Positions 1 to 9,317 of a stretch of DNA of 33,135 bases are shown piece after piece; the first letter of the stretch is position 1; the number at the start of each line of letters is the position of its first letter. Made by a program: the position numbers and the translations under genes. The stretch is from Gammaproteobacteria bacterium (lineage in GTDB: Bacteria > Pseudomonadota > Gammaproteobacteria > DSM-19610): contig JAUXDG010000001.1 in the NCBI GenBank assembly GCA_030618475.1, forward strand, positions 1-33,135, written 5' to 3'. The notes below the pieces were generated by a model, which made no database searches, had not been told where the DNA came from, and worked only from the letters and a program-made list of their open reading frames with translations.

Positions 1-555
1 CTGCTCCGCGACCCCACCGACCTGCCGCTGCCCGTTGACCGACCGGCCGAGGCCCATTGTGGAACCTGCCAGGCCTGTCTGGATATCTGCCCCACCCGGG
101 CGATTGTCGCACCCTATCAGCTGGATGCGCGGCGCTGTATCTCCTATCTCACCATTGAGCTGCGCGGCTCGATTGCCGAGGAATTACGCCCTCTTATCGG
201 TAACCGTATCTATGGCTGTGACGACTGCCAGCTGGTTTGTCCCTGGAACCGTTTCGCCCGCCCCAGCCAGGAAACCGATTTCATGCCGAGACACCAACTG
301 GACAGCATCACACTGATCAAACTGTTTCAATGGAGTGAGCAGGAATTTCTGGGCAACACGGAAGGCACGGCAATTCGCCGCATCGGCTATGAATGCTGGC
401 TGCGTAATCTGGCTGTCGCTCTCGGTAACGCGCCGACCGGCGCCAGGGTCATCAAGGCGCTGCAGAGCCGACTGGATCACCCTTCCGGGCTGGTTCGTGA
501 ACACGTGACGTGGGCGCTGCGGCAACAGGTTGTGAGAAATGGGGGCTGGCCTTAG
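1..555 (+). CDS. queG: Epoxyqueuosine reductase QueG, 3' part (5' end outside window)
   Basis: Frame 1 is open from base 1: TDLPLPVD..HCGTCQACLDICPTRAIVAPYQLDARRCISYLTIE..GNRIYGCDDCQLVCPWNRF..WLRNLAVALGN..LVREHVTWAL, stop TAG 553-555. Two Fe-S cysteine motifs typical of QueG. Confidence 0.95.
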   Translation: MLRDPTDLPLPVDRPAEAHCGTCQACLDICPTRAIVAPYQLDARRCISYLTIELRGSIAEELRPLIGNRIYGCDDCQLVCPWNRFARPSQETDFMPRHQLDSITLIKLFQWSEQEFLGNTEGTAIRRIGYECWLRNLAVALGNAPTGARVIKALQSRLDHPSGLVREHVTWALRQQVVRNGGWP

Positions 556-563
556 AAGCTTTC

Positions 564-1430
564 CTATGCCTCCTTCAAGCGCAAGGCCCGCTCATACAGC
601 GCCCGTTTGTTAACACCTGTTATGCGCGCTGCCAGCTTGGCGGCCTTTTTTATCGGCAGCTCTTCCAGTAAAACAAGCAGTATCCGTTCTGCTTCCGGTG
701 TCACTTGGTGGCTTTCTGTCTCCGCTTGCCCCTGAACCAGCAGTACAATTTCTCCTTTCTGCTGATTCGGATCATCACTCACCCATTGGGCAAGCTTTTC
801 CAGCGTGTCGCTGTGTATGGTTTCAAACTGTTTGGTCAGCTCGCGCGCTACCACGGCCTGACGCCGTGCCCCGAACACAACCTGGCAATCCTGCAGGCAG
901 TCGACAATCCGGTGGCTGGACTCAAAAAAGACCAGGCTGCGTGTTTCACCACAAAGCTGCTCAAGCCGGTTTCTTCGCGCCGAGCTTTTAGCGGGTAAAA
1001 ATCCTTCAAAAACAAAGCGGTCTGTAGGCAGTCCGGATACTGACAAGGCACAGATCAGGGCACTGGGGCCTGGTATCGGCACGACCTGCACACCCGCCTC
1101 GCGTGCCAGCCGCACCAGATTAAAGCCGGGATCGCTGATCAGGGGCGTGCCTGCATCCGAGATCAACGCGATCGACCACCCCTTCAGCATGTCCTCCACA
1201 AGGCGGGGAGCACGCTCACGTTCGTTGTGCTCATGCAAGGCAAGCATCGGCGTCTGAATCGAACAGTACTGCATCAGCTTGCCGCTGTGCCGGGTATCCT
1301 CAGCCGCAACGCGATCAACGCTGCCCAACACCTCGACAGCCCGCGGACTCAAATCGGCCAGGTTGCCGATGGGTGTGGCAACTACGTAAAGAATACCGCT
1401 ATTCGCTGATACCTGGCTGGAATCCATCAT
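564..1430 (-). CDS. rsmI: 16S rRNA (cytidine-1402-2'-O)-methyltransferase RsmI
   Basis: LYVVATPIGNLADLSPRA, AAEDTRHS, LISDAGTPLISDPG, FEGFLP, ARELTKQFE; divergent from lpoA as in the conserved yra block. Confidence 0.96.
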   Translation of the reverse strand: MMDSSQVSANSGILYVVATPIGNLADLSPRAVEVLGSVDRVAAEDTRHSGKLMQYCSIQTPMLALHEHNERERAPRLVEDMLKGWSIALISDAGTPLISDPGFNLVRLAREAGVQVVPIPGPSALICALSVSGLPTDRFVFEGFLPAKSSARRNRLEQLCGETRSLVFFESSHRIVDCLQDCQVVFGARRQAVVARELTKQFETIHSDTLEKLAQWVSDDPNQQKGEIVLLVQGQAETESHQVTPEAERILLVLLEELPIKKAAKLAARITGVNKRALYERALRLKEA

Positions 1431-1541
1431 GCGTTGTCAGTCACCCATTGGAATACATGTTTCAAGCCGGAAAATAGCATGCATAAGCGCCCATACCTCA
1501 TTACAATAGCCAGCTACAAGTTATCCAAGCTGCCAGAATTC

Positions 1542-3434
1542 GTGTACCGATTATATTCACTGCTGTTCGTCGCTGTTCTAGCCATCACCGCTTGCACCAC
1601 GGCTCCCGAGCGCCCGCAACCGCCTGCCGAGGATCCACTCGCGCACGCGGCCCGGGTTAACGTCGAACGGGGGGATTATCTGGCAGCTGCCCAACTTTAT
1701 CTCAACGAGTCGAAAACAGCACCTGAAAAACAACGCATTCCTCTGCGCCTGAGCGCTGCAGAGTACCTGGCAGAGGGCCAGTTGTGGGAGCAGATGGCAC
1801 AGGTGCTGGACAGCATCGACCCCGGCCGTCTCGATCCGCTGCAGCAAAACCGTTATCAACTGTTAGATGCCCAACGCGCCCTCGCCGGGCACCAGCCCGA
1901 TGTGGCCCTGCAGCTGCTACAGAAAATCAGCAACCCGGAATCCCTGCCGGATCATGGACAGCGCTACTACCAGTTACGTGCCGAGGCTTATGCGATGACA
2001 GGCAATGCCCTGGAAGCGGCCCGGCAATTGATCTGGCTGGACGGGCTGCTGGAGGATCAGCAACAAAAACTGGACAACCAGTACCGGATCTGGAAACAGC
2101 TTTCCACGCTGTCAGACGTTTCTTTACAGCAATTGCGCACCAGCCCGCCACCCGATCCGCTCAGTGGCTGGATGGAACTGGTGCTCATTACCCGTCAAAA
2201 CCGTACTAACCGGCAACAGTGGGCTGTGGAACTCGATAGCTGGCGCTCACGCTATCCGGGTCACAGCGCCGAAACGGCTCTGTTACCCGACATTTTGAAT
2301 CAGGTGGCGCGGTTTGGCGCACGGGCAAAACAGATTGCCATACTGCTGCCACTGAGCGGACGCACTGGCGAATCAGCCGCCGCCATCCGCGATGGCATTA
2401 TGGCGGCCTACTACCAGGATGAGCTGGAAACACCCGAACTGCGCTTCTACGACACCGGCGGCAACCCACAGTCGATCGGGTCTGTTTACCAGCAGGCTGT
2501 TGAGGATGGCGCTGAATTTGTGCTTGGACCGTTGCTGAAGGACAGCATCCAGCAACTGGAACAGTCCGCACAGCTGCCGGTAGCGGTATTGGCGCTCAAC
2601 CAGACGGGTGAAGAGCACGCCGGTGAATTACCCTTATATCACTTTGGCCTGGCGCCGGAAGACGAGGCCCGCCAGGTTGCGGAAAGAACCATCAACGATG
2701 GTCACCGACAGGTGATTGCGCTGGTGCCTGACACCGGCTGGGGACAGCGTGTGTTAACTGCCTTCCAGGAACAGCTCAGCTCTCTGGGCGGTGAAGTTCT
2801 TGAGACAGGCCGTTACACCCCCAGCAGCGCTGACTTCAAAGCCCCCATTCAAGCCGCTCTCAATCTGGACACCAGCAAAAACCGTCACCGTTCACTGCAA
2901 CGTTTATTGGGCCAGAAACTGGAGTATGAACCCCGGCGCCGCCAGGATGCGGAAGCCGTTTTCCTGCTTGCTTTTCCCAAGCAGGCGCGGCAGATAAAGC
3001 CGCAGTTGCGTTTCCATCATGCTGGTGACATCCCGGTATACAGTACATCGCATGTATTCAGCGCCACCTCCACCGCCTCGATTGACCGCGACATGGACGG
3101 ACTGCTTTTCTGCGATATACCCTGGGTACTTGATGATGAAGGACCGTGGGCTGATCAGCGTGAGAAACTGCGCTCGGCCTGGCCGGGCCGTAATCAGCAC
3201 CATCAGCGCCTGTTTGCATTAGGCTTTGACGCCTACCAGGTGATCCCCTGGCTGGACACACTGAGCATGCCGGGCTTCGCCTCTTTCCCCGGTGCAACCG
3301 GCATCCTGACCCTGGACCAGCGCAAACAAGTACACCGTGCCCTGGAGTGGGCACAGTTCCGCGAGGGAATACCTCAAAAATTCACGTCCAGGGAGGGACA
3401 TCATGAACCGGAAGAAGATTGGCAACCACGCTGA
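1542..3434 (+). CDS. lpoA: Penicillin-binding protein activator LpoA (LppC family lipoprotein)
   Basis: Signal peptide with lipobox (LAITAC) after in-frame GTG 1542 (ORF open from 1434); IAILLPLSG, GPLLK, FGLAPEDEA, RLFALGFDAY, GATGILTL; position between rsmI and yraN. Confidence 0.92.
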   Translation: MYRLYSLLFVAVLAITACTTAPERPQPPAEDPLAHAARVNVERGDYLAAAQLYLNESKTAPEKQRIPLRLSAAEYLAEGQLWEQMAQVLDSIDPGRLDPLQQNRYQLLDAQRALAGHQPDVALQLLQKISNPESLPDHGQRYYQLRAEAYAMTGNALEAARQLIWLDGLLEDQQQKLDNQYRIWKQLSTLSDVSLQQLRTSPPPDPLSGWMELVLITRQNRTNRQQWAVELDSWRSRYPGHSAETALLPDILNQVARFGARAKQIAILLPLSGRTGESAAAIRDGIMAAYYQDELETPELRFYDTGGNPQSIGSVYQQAVEDGAEFVLGPLLKDSIQQLEQSAQLPVAVLALNQTGEEHAGELPLYHFGLAPEDEARQVAERTINDGHRQVIALVPDTGWGQRVLTAFQEQLSSLGGEVLETGRYTPSSADFKAPIQAALNLDTSKNRHRSLQRLLGQKLEYEPRRRQDAEAVFLLAFPKQARQIKPQLRFHHAGDIPVYSTSHVFSATSTASIDRDMDGLLFCDIPWVLDDEGPWADQREKLRSAWPGRNQHHQRLFALGFDAYQVIPWLDTLSMPGFASFPGATGILTLDQRKQVHRALEWAQFREGIPQKFTSREGHHEPEEDWQPR

Positions 3435-3768
3435 GTCGCTGGCCTGCGGGTATCTCGAACACCGCGGTCTGCGGCTGTTAAGCCGGAACTTTCACTGCCG
3501 GCGCGGAGAAATCGACCTGGTCATGCAGGATGGCGACAGCCTGGTGTTTGTTGAGGTACGATACCGTAAACAGACGCATTTCGGGCACGCCGCAGAAACG
3601 GTTTCCCGCATCAAACAGACCCGGATCATCCATTGCGCCCGGTACTATATGAAGATGCATCATAGCTGGAACGAGACGGTACGCTTCGATGTCGTATCCA
3701 TCGAAGGGAGGCCGGACGATATGAAGATCGAATGGCTTGCCGATGCGTTCCAGCCTGACAGCTATTAA
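3403..3768 (+). CDS. yraN: YraN family protein (UPF0102, nuclease-like fold)
   Basis: GNHAESLAC..RNFHCRRGEIDLVMQDGDSLVFVEVRYR..RFDVV; ATG 3403 preceded by GGGAGG; overlaps the lpoA end. Confidence 0.93.
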   Translation: MNRKKIGNHAESLACGYLEHRGLRLLSRNFHCRRGEIDLVMQDGDSLVFVEVRYRKQTHFGHAAETVSRIKQTRIIHCARYYMKMHHSWNETVRFDVVSIEGRPDDMKIEWLADAFQPDSY

Positions 3769-3804
3769 TGATGGTAAGCACCCACTGAACTGGAGAATAT
3801 ATTT

Positions 3805-4392
3805 ATGAGAGTAAGCTGGCTGGTACTCAGCACCCTGTTCCTATCAAGCCTGCTATTGAGTGGCTGCGTACCTGTGGTTCTTATTGGTGGCGCCGCAGCA
3901 ACAGCATCCGTCGTACACGACCGACGCACCACCGGTACGATAGTTGAGGACTCATCTATAGAGTTACGTATCAAGAATGAGCTTGGCAAAGACGAGAAAA
4001 TCTCAGATCAGGCGCATATTAATGTCACCAGTTACAACGCTATTGTTTTGCTTTCGGGTGAAGCACCAAGCCAGTCCTTGAGCAGCCGTGTCGGCGAGAT
4101 TGCACGTCGTGACAAACAGGTCCGGCGTGTCCATAACGAGATACAGATTGCTGCACCGAGCTCGTTGATGACACGCTCCAGTGACTCGTGGATCACGACC
4201 AAGGTCAAGAGTTCACTGGTGGGCCTGGGTATTAAGGGTTTTGACCCCTCCAGGGTAAAAGTTGTGAGTGAAAATGGCACAGTTTTTCTTTTGGGCATGG
4301 TCTATCACAAGGAAGCCGATGCCATAGTCGCCCAGACCCAGCAAGTCAGCGGCGTACAGCGAATTGTCAAATTATTCGAATATCTGGATTAG
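3805..4392 (+). CDS. dolP: BON-domain outer membrane lipoprotein DolP/YraP
   Basis: Lipobox LLSGC, DRRTTGTIVED, two BON domains (VLLSGEAP; DSWITTKVKS..VKVVSENGTVFLLG); GGAGA RBS. Confidence 0.88.
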   Translation: MRVSWLVLSTLFLSSLLLSGCVPVVLIGGAAATASVVHDRRTTGTIVEDSSIELRIKNELGKDEKISDQAHINVTSYNAIVLLSGEAPSQSLSSRVGEIARRDKQVRRVHNEIQIAAPSSLMTRSSDSWITTKVKSSLVGLGIKGFDPSRVKVVSENGTVFLLGMVYHKEADAIVAQTQQVSGVQRIVKLFEYLD

Positions 4393-4404
4393 TTAACACT
4401 TACA

Positions 4405-5811
4405 GTGCAGTCTGATTTCATCAAGCAGCTTGCAGCACTACTCGGTGAGCACCAGTTGTTCACCGACCCGGCTGTGTGTCGCACTTACGGTTACGACAAC
4501 AGCACGCTGCAAGGACAACCGATCGCCGTAGCCTTGCCTGAATCACACCAGCAGGTAGTTTCTATCGTCGCAGCCTGCCGGGCACACGGAGTTTCCCTGA
4601 TAGCACGCGGACAGGCCACCGGCACAACAGGCGCAACAGTCCCCGTGGACGAGCACACGCTGATGCTGTCCATGCAACGCATGGACAGCATTATAGAAAT
4701 CAACCGGGATAACAGGCTTATGGTGGTCCAGCCCGGCGTCACAAACCAGGCGGTGCAGGATGCTGCCGCTGAACAGGGTTTCTTCTGGCCACCGGATCCT
4801 ACCAGTGCCTCGGTGTGCACGATTGGCGGCAACCTGGCCTACAACTCGGCAGGCCCACGCGCGGTAAAATACGGTACGCCGCGGGAAAACACACTGGCAT
4901 TAAAGGCAGTCACCGGCGCCGGTGAAACGCTTCATACCGGCGTAAGAACGAGCAAAGGTGTTGTCGGCTACGACCTGACACGACTGTTGATCGGCTCGGA
5001 GGGTACGCTGGCGATTATCACGGAAGCCACACTGAAACTTACGCCGTTACAACCCGCAAAACGCACCTTGCGCGCGATCTATCGAGACGTGCACAGTGCT
5101 GCTTGCGCGGTTTCCAACATCATGGCACAAGCGGTCACCCCCTGCGCCCTGGAATTCATGGATGCCAACGCCATTAATATGGTGCGCAACGATGCGCCAG
5201 CCAGCCTCCCCCGGGATGCCGGCGCGCTGCTGATGATCGAAGTCGATGGGATTGAATCCCAGCTGGATGAACTCGTGTCACGGATCGTTGAGGCTGCATC
5301 GGTGGAGGGATCACTGGATATCCAGCAGGCCAGATCACAACAGGAAGTGACTGCGCTATGGGAGACACGCAAGGCCCTGTCTCCGGCCTTGCGCCGGGTA
5401 GCACCGAAAAAAATAAACGAAGACGTGGTCGTTCCCGTATCCCGAATGCCCGACCTGGTGGATCAACTTGCCATACTTTCTGAAAAACACGCCATTCAGA
5501 TTGTCAACTTTGGCCACGCCGGCAATGGCAACCTGCACGTCAATCTACTCTATGACCCCGAGATCCCCGGTCAGAAACAACGCGCCGAAGCCTGTCTCGA
5601 AGATGTGTTCGCCACTGTTCTTGACATGCAAGGCACGATTTCGGGAGAACACGGTATAGGCCTGGTCAAACGCGACTGGGTCGGCAAAGAACTGGATCAG
5701 ACCAGCCTGAATCTCATGCACGCCATCAAGCAACAGTTCGATCCTGACGGTATCCTTAATCCCGGCAAGACATTGCCGGATGCCAACACATTGACCAATC
5801 AGCCTCAGTAA
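4405..5811 (+). CDS. FAD-linked oxidase, GlcD/D-2-hydroxyacid dehydrogenase family
   Basis: PPDPTSASVCTIGGNLAYNSAGPRAVKYG, GYDLTRLLIGSEGTLAII, FGHAGNGNLHVN, SGEHGIG, DPDGILNPGK. Confidence 0.9.
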   Translation: MQSDFIKQLAALLGEHQLFTDPAVCRTYGYDNSTLQGQPIAVALPESHQQVVSIVAACRAHGVSLIARGQATGTTGATVPVDEHTLMLSMQRMDSIIEINRDNRLMVVQPGVTNQAVQDAAAEQGFFWPPDPTSASVCTIGGNLAYNSAGPRAVKYGTPRENTLALKAVTGAGETLHTGVRTSKGVVGYDLTRLLIGSEGTLAIITEATLKLTPLQPAKRTLRAIYRDVHSAACAVSNIMAQAVTPCALEFMDANAINMVRNDAPASLPRDAGALLMIEVDGIESQLDELVSRIVEAASVEGSLDIQQARSQQEVTALWETRKALSPALRRVAPKKINEDVVVPVSRMPDLVDQLAILSEKHAIQIVNFGHAGNGNLHVNLLYDPEIPGQKQRAEACLEDVFATVLDMQGTISGEHGIGLVKRDWVGKELDQTSLNLMHAIKQQFDPDGILNPGKTLPDANTLTNQPQ

Positions 5812-5844
5812 TCGAGTTCTACCACCGTAACCCTCATTTCTTAC

Positions 5845-5871
5845 CACAAAGGGCACGAAGGTCACAAAGGA
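5845..5871. repeat. Three degenerate tandem 9-mers (CACAAAGGG CACGAAGGT CACAAAGGA) between convergent genes
   Basis: Read directly from the sequence in the gap between the FAD oxidase and the reductase. Confidence 0.5.
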
Positions 5872-5916
5872 ACAACCGGTTAGTGGTGAGAAATGCGGAC
5901 TGGCGGGGTAAAGGCA

Positions 5917-6858
5917 TTACGTCAGAAGCCGGCACCACCCCGGGGTACACTTCAAACCTTCTTCCAGTTGTACCTTGGGCTGCCAGTCCAGCACCTGCTG
6001 GATAGCATTGTTGTCACATACCCAGTCGGGGTGACGTAATTCGCACAGCTTTTCCGGTGTCAGCATTGGCGCATAACCGAGCCACAGCGCCAGTCTGCGA
6101 TTGATCCAGGCTGGAACACTCAACATGATCGAAGGCACTGCAAACTCGCGCACACGACGCTGACAAAGCCGGGACACTGTTGCGGACACGTCGCTCCAGC
6201 TGTAACCACCTTGTTTTCCGTCATGCAGGCTATAGACACCGCTGGGACAGGAATCCTGCAGCAGCCAGGTCTGGACAAGACGGGCGACGTCCTGAGAATA
6301 AATCATCGAAAAACGCGCATCCCTGTTTCCGAGTACGGGCGCAATTCCTTTAGCCATGAGTCGAAACAAGGGTAACAACTCACGGTCCCCCGGACCGAAA
6401 ACGGCTGGCGGCCGTAATGCGATCCAGTTCAACGCCTGAGCCTGCTGTTCCAGTACCTGCTCACCTTTACGTTTGCTCGCCGCATAAAAAGACAACCCGG
6501 GTTCGCGTGCCGCCAGTGAAGACAGGCAAAGCAGGCGGGGGGTGTGAGGGCCAGCCAATATGGCGTCTACCAGATTCCGTACACCGTCAACATTGACCCG
6601 ATCGAAGGCCTGCTGGCTTGCACCACGAACGGCACCCGCACAATGCACAACAGCACAAGCGTTGACTACCAGCTTTTGCAGCGACACACGATCGTTGAGA
6701 TCACCGAGCACCCATTCATCGACACAAGCTTTCAGGGCCTGTGCCCGGGTGTCGGAGCGCACCAGGGCACGCACCTTCCATCCCTCATCGTGAAGCAGGC
6801 AGCATATCGTCCGGCCTATAAAACCGCTCGCCCCGGTAACTGCTACCCATTCAGACAT
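5917..6858 (-). CDS. NAD-dependent epimerase/dehydratase family; probable ceramide reductase (CerR-like)
   Basis: TGASGFIG Rossmann motif, SSLAAREP..YAASK (YxxxK), LRPPAVFGPGD, C-terminal PMLTPEKLCEL.HPDW; directly downstream of the acyl-AMP ligase in a cluster with spt and a bCerS-like gene. Confidence 0.75.
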   Translation of the reverse strand: MSEWVAVTGASGFIGRTICCLLHDEGWKVRALVRSDTRAQALKACVDEWVLGDLNDRVSLQKLVVNACAVVHCAGAVRGASQQAFDRVNVDGVRNLVDAILAGPHTPRLLCLSSLAAREPGLSFYAASKRKGEQVLEQQAQALNWIALRPPAVFGPGDRELLPLFRLMAKGIAPVLGNRDARFSMIYSQDVARLVQTWLLQDSCPSGVYSLHDGKQGGYSWSDVSATVSRLCQRRVREFAVPSIMLSVPAWINRRLALWLGYAPMLTPEKLCELRHPDWVCDNNAIQQVLDWQPKVQLEEGLKCTPGWCRLLT

Positions 6859-7006
6859 ACATTGATACCCTGTAGTTCGACTACCAGCCTCTGTTTCTCA
6901 CCACATGCCCCAGGGCAGAAGGTGAGGAGTGGGATCTGGATTTCAAGCAGGCAAAAAATAACCGGCCGGAGCCGGTTATTACGAATTTCACACAATCACT
7001 AGTGCT

Positions 7007-8776
7007 CTATCCCTGCTTGAGCTCCAGAACATCGACCATTTCTTCAGCCAGGGCATTTAAATCATGCGATTCGATGAAGTTCTGGCGCGCCTTGGAGCGT
7101 GACAATTTACCCGACGAGGTGCGTGGCAGCGTGTGCAGTGGCACCAGTTCGACGAATACATCGATACCGAGTTCCAGATGGACCAGGCGGTTTAAACGGT
7201 CAACCAGGTTTGCCCGTATATTTGAATCTGATTCACGACACTGGACGACCAGCACACAGATTTCTTCATCCCGAGGACTGGGCACCGAAAATGCCAGTGC
7301 ATCACCCATGCGAACTTCCGGCTGGTGTTCAGCCAGATATTCCAGATCCTGCGGCCAGATATTACGGCCATTGATAATAATCAGATCCTTCTTGCGCCCG
7401 GTAATGATCAGGCTGCCGTCAACCTGATAGCCCACGTCACCGGTATCCAGCCAGCCGTCTTCAGACAAGGAAGCAGCCGTCTCTTCCGGCGCATTGAAGT
7501 AACCGGACATCACGCTATCGCCACGAACAAATATGGTGCCACTATGACGATCAGACAATACCCTGCCGTCATCTTTGCGAATTTCCACTTCGTATCCGGG
7601 CAAGGGCTTACCACATTCCACAAAGCAACGCGCTCTACCCGGGTTCTCCAGGTTCGCAATCGGCAGCGCTTCCTGATGGTCCGAGTGGTGATCACCGTCC
7701 ACACAATCCGTGGAATGCCCTTCGAACAGAGGCGAAAAACTGATCGCCAGTGAACATTCAGCCATGCCGTAGCAGGCCAGGAAGGCTTTTTCGTCGAATC
7801 CCGCTGGCGCCAGTGCGTCGGCAAAACGGGTCAGCGTTTCGGAACGAATCATTTCCGCACCGACACCGGCAACGCGCCAGTTACTCAGATCGTACTTGCC
7901 TGCTTCGCCGGGACGCAGCCGCCGGGTACACAATTCATAACCAAATGGTGGACTGAACGAAATCGTTGCCCGGGTCTTTGTCATCAGGTTCAGCCACTGA
8001 CGCGGACGCATGGCGAATTCACGCGTATCCAGGTAATCCACCGAAATCTGTGCCGCAACAGGAACCAGTACCAGGCCAACCAGGCCCATATCGTGATAGA
8101 AAGGCAACCAGGAAAAACACCGGTCTCCAGGTCCTATTTTAACGCCATGGCGAATAATCCCCGCCAGGTTGCTGATCACGGCTTTCTGCTTGATGACAAC
8201 ACCGCGCGGGAAACGGGTACTCCCCGAGGTATACTGGATATAGGCAATATCGTCCGGTTCGACCGTTGGCAATTCGATATCAACTTCCGCAAGAGCATCG
8301 AAAACCGACGGATCTCCGATCAGCTTGAGTCCCAGGCCCTCACCGGCTTCTTCGAGAAAGGAGGCGTAACCACTTGGTGCCATAGCGACAGTGGCTTCAC
8401 TGCATTTCAACAGACCATGCAACTGGGTGACGTAAACCGTATGACCGCCCAGATTGACCGAGGCAGGCAGCGCAACGGGAACCAGGCCCGCGTACTGACA
8501 GGCAAAAAAGAAACGCAGGAAATCCGGCGTGGTCTCGGCCACTAATGCAACACGATCACCCTTCTGCAGGCCCATGCCCAGCAGCTTGCGCGCCAACACA
8601 CGGCACTGTTCCCGTAGCTCGGCATACGGAAGCGTGGCATAAAGTTCTCCCCTGCCCGTGTAAAAATTTGCACCGGTATCGCCCTTGGCTGAGTAATCCA
8701 GGGCTTCAGCCAGGGTGGCAAAATCAGCAGCACGAAATGGCAGGTTATGTACAGTTGGTGTCGATACTGTGCCCAA
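7007..8776 (-). CDS. Fatty acyl-AMP ligase / acyl-ACP synthetase
   Basis: YIQYTSGSTRFPRGV, SWLPFYHDMGLVG, CYGMAE, WLDTGDVGY, GRKKDLIIINGRNIWPQDLE, LPRTSSGKLSR; insertion after YGMAE typical of FAALs. Probable TTG start 8776 (ORF open to 8836). Confidence 0.88.
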   Translation of the reverse strand: MGTVSTPTVHNLPFRAADFATLAEALDYSAKGDTGANFYTGRGELYATLPYAELREQCRVLARKLLGMGLQKGDRVALVAETTPDFLRFFFACQYAGLVPVALPASVNLGGHTVYVTQLHGLLKCSEATVAMAPSGYASFLEEAGEGLGLKLIGDPSVFDALAEVDIELPTVEPDDIAYIQYTSGSTRFPRGVVIKQKAVISNLAGIIRHGVKIGPGDRCFSWLPFYHDMGLVGLVLVPVAAQISVDYLDTREFAMRPRQWLNLMTKTRATISFSPPFGYELCTRRLRPGEAGKYDLSNWRVAGVGAEMIRSETLTRFADALAPAGFDEKAFLACYGMAECSLAISFSPLFEGHSTDCVDGDHHSDHQEALPIANLENPGRARCFVECGKPLPGYEVEIRKDDGRVLSDRHSGTIFVRGDSVMSGYFNAPEETAASLSEDGWLDTGDVGYQVDGSLIITGRKKDLIIINGRNIWPQDLEYLAEHQPEVRMGDALAFSVPSPRDEEICVLVVQCRESDSNIRANLVDRLNRLVHLELGIDVFVELVPLHTLPRTSSGKLSRSKARQNFIESHDLNALAEEMVDVLELKQG

Positions 8777-9317
8777 AAGACTTTTCCCTTGAGGTTTACG
8801 ATTTCCGGTTCCAACCCGAGGACAGGAACGCCCCAAAAAAGCTCACTGACTGCTCGCAGGTAATATTTTGCTGCCAGCCAACCCGAAAACATGGGGGTGT
8901 GCTGTGGCAACTGTCAATCTGCAACCAATCGTTGTATTTTCCCAACGAACTTGCCCGCATCCTGCTATCCCGCCAGTTGGTTGTGCATTATTCCTACAAT
9001 AGGGTAAAAACACAATACTTTTTTCATCAAAGTTTCAGAGTTTGATCGCCACCCGGGGGAATTATTTGAATTTTGTCGTAATTTTGCCACAAAACAAAAC
9101 TCAAAAACCTCACGGACCGTATTGCTTCGGAGACCTTTGAATCCCGCCTATCTGCAAGGCAATTTACAGGCCATGCTGGTCACGAATTTCTAAATTAGCA
9201 GTTTACTCGTGCCGGCGTGAGCCAAATGCGACCCGTTTCACACGTTGGTCCGCTATCTGGCGGGCCGCAGATCAGGCGGGTATGATCGTTGCCTTTATAC
9301 AACGAAGAATTATTTCG

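Noticed and set aside
1-15. First residues of the queG frame (LLRDP) differ from the usual sequence before TDLPL
   Set aside because: Only five codons at the window edge; could be a contig-end artefact and cannot be interpreted.
7007-8836. FAAL + ACP as an NRPS/PKS secondary metabolite cluster
   Set aside because: No ketosynthase, condensation or thioesterase domains in the window.
8545-9045. 166-aa + strand ORF overlapping the FAAL start
   Set aside because: Overlaps the FAAL gene antisense and runs into probable promoter DNA; no motifs.
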